From assembly GCA_044376115.1 (NCBI GenBank), contig JBILLK010000016.1:1-64000 (forward strand): 64,000 nucleotides of DNA, written 5' to 3'. How positions within the stretch are numbered: position 1 is the stretch's first letter; every line of letters begins with the position of its first letter. The notes under the pieces are model-generated. The model did no database searches and was not told the DNA's origin. It was given only the letters and a program-made list of their open reading frames with translations. The DNA is from Polyangiaceae bacterium (GTDB lineage: Bacteria > Myxococcota_A > Polyangia > Polyangiales > Polyangiaceae). This document shows, piece after piece, positions 63,466-64,000 of this stretch. A program made the position numbers and the translations under genes.

Positions 63466-63999
63466 TCAGAAATGCAGCGCCGCACTGCCTTGGGCACCGG
63501 CCCCAAAGGAATCCGCCGACACGTCCAACAGACCGTAATCATCTCCGCTCGACTCGGCCGCGCACCACTCGCTCTCGACGTGGCCGAAGCCGACGCGGCC
63601 GCCGAGCCCGAGCGAAAGGAGCGAGAGCGGGTAGAACTCGACGCCGACCACCAGATCCCCTTGGAAGCCGCGCAGCGTTGGGTCCCAATCAACGCCGTTC
63701 ACGCCGCAACCGGGGACCTCGCTGGGCGCCATCACCTGCAGGTAGCCAAGCTCGAGTGCGACGCTCATGCCGATGCGGTCGAGGACGTTGGCGGCGAGCC
63801 GCGGCCCCGCGCCGACCACGAAACTGGTGGTGGAGTCCTGGTCTGGCGGCGTCAGTTGCTGGCCGGTGCTGCTGCCGCTGACGAAGGTTTGAATCGGTAC
63901 GCCGGTGCCGATGTGCACCCGGCCATGAGCGAGCAGCCCGATCGCGAGATCGCCTTCTTGCGCGACGTTGACGATCACGCGACCACCGGTGAAGAAGCC
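63466..63999 (-). CDS. 3' part of a probable outer-membrane beta-barrel protein (runs off the window end)
   Basis: Frame open to the window edge, amphipathic strands, C-terminal AALHF. Confidence 0.6.
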   Translation of the reverse strand, partial: GFFTGGRVIVNVAQEGDLAIGLLAHGRVHIGTGVPIQTFVSGSSTGQQLTPPDQDSTTSFVVGAGPRLAANVLDRIGMSVALELGYLQVMAPSEVPGCGVNGVDWDPTLRGFQGDLVVGVEFYPLSLLSLGLGGRVGFGHVESEWCAAESSGDDYGLLDVSADSFGAGAQGSAALHF

Positions 64000-64000
64000 G

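Overview
GC-rich bacterial DNA whose gene content points to Myxococcota, probably Polyangiaceae-like: an FrzS-type pseudo-receiver/coiled-coil protein, a MYXO-CTERM sorting signal, Cys-rich and Gly-rich lipoproteins, ECF/FecR pairs and eukaryote-like kinases. About 55 CDS and one tRNA-Pro(CGG) are supported. No rRNA, CRISPR array, transposase or integrase was seen. The standout is a tightly packed locus at about 36.7-44.8 kb. A sigma54-type promoter precedes a MYXO-CTERM surface protein, a di-heme c-type cytochrome lipoprotein, an apparent ECF transporter T+S fusion with a 35-Gly repeat linker, and a molybdenum storage protein pair (mosA/mosB-like). Two internally duplicated lipoproteins flank it. 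I read this as a candidate Mo/W (oxyanion) capture-and-storage system with no nif genes in view. Other notable items: a stand-alone tandem PARP-type zinc-finger protein, an exported caspase-like protease with tandem Tudor/chromo-barrel-like domains, an effector-less NACHT-WD40 protein, a pseudokinase, a possible displaced tRNA-Pro 3' end bounding a 6.5 kb block, and an OxyR-type box upstream of dps. All family calls come from motif recognition by eye, not database searches. Several start codons were re-chosen from the ORF track.
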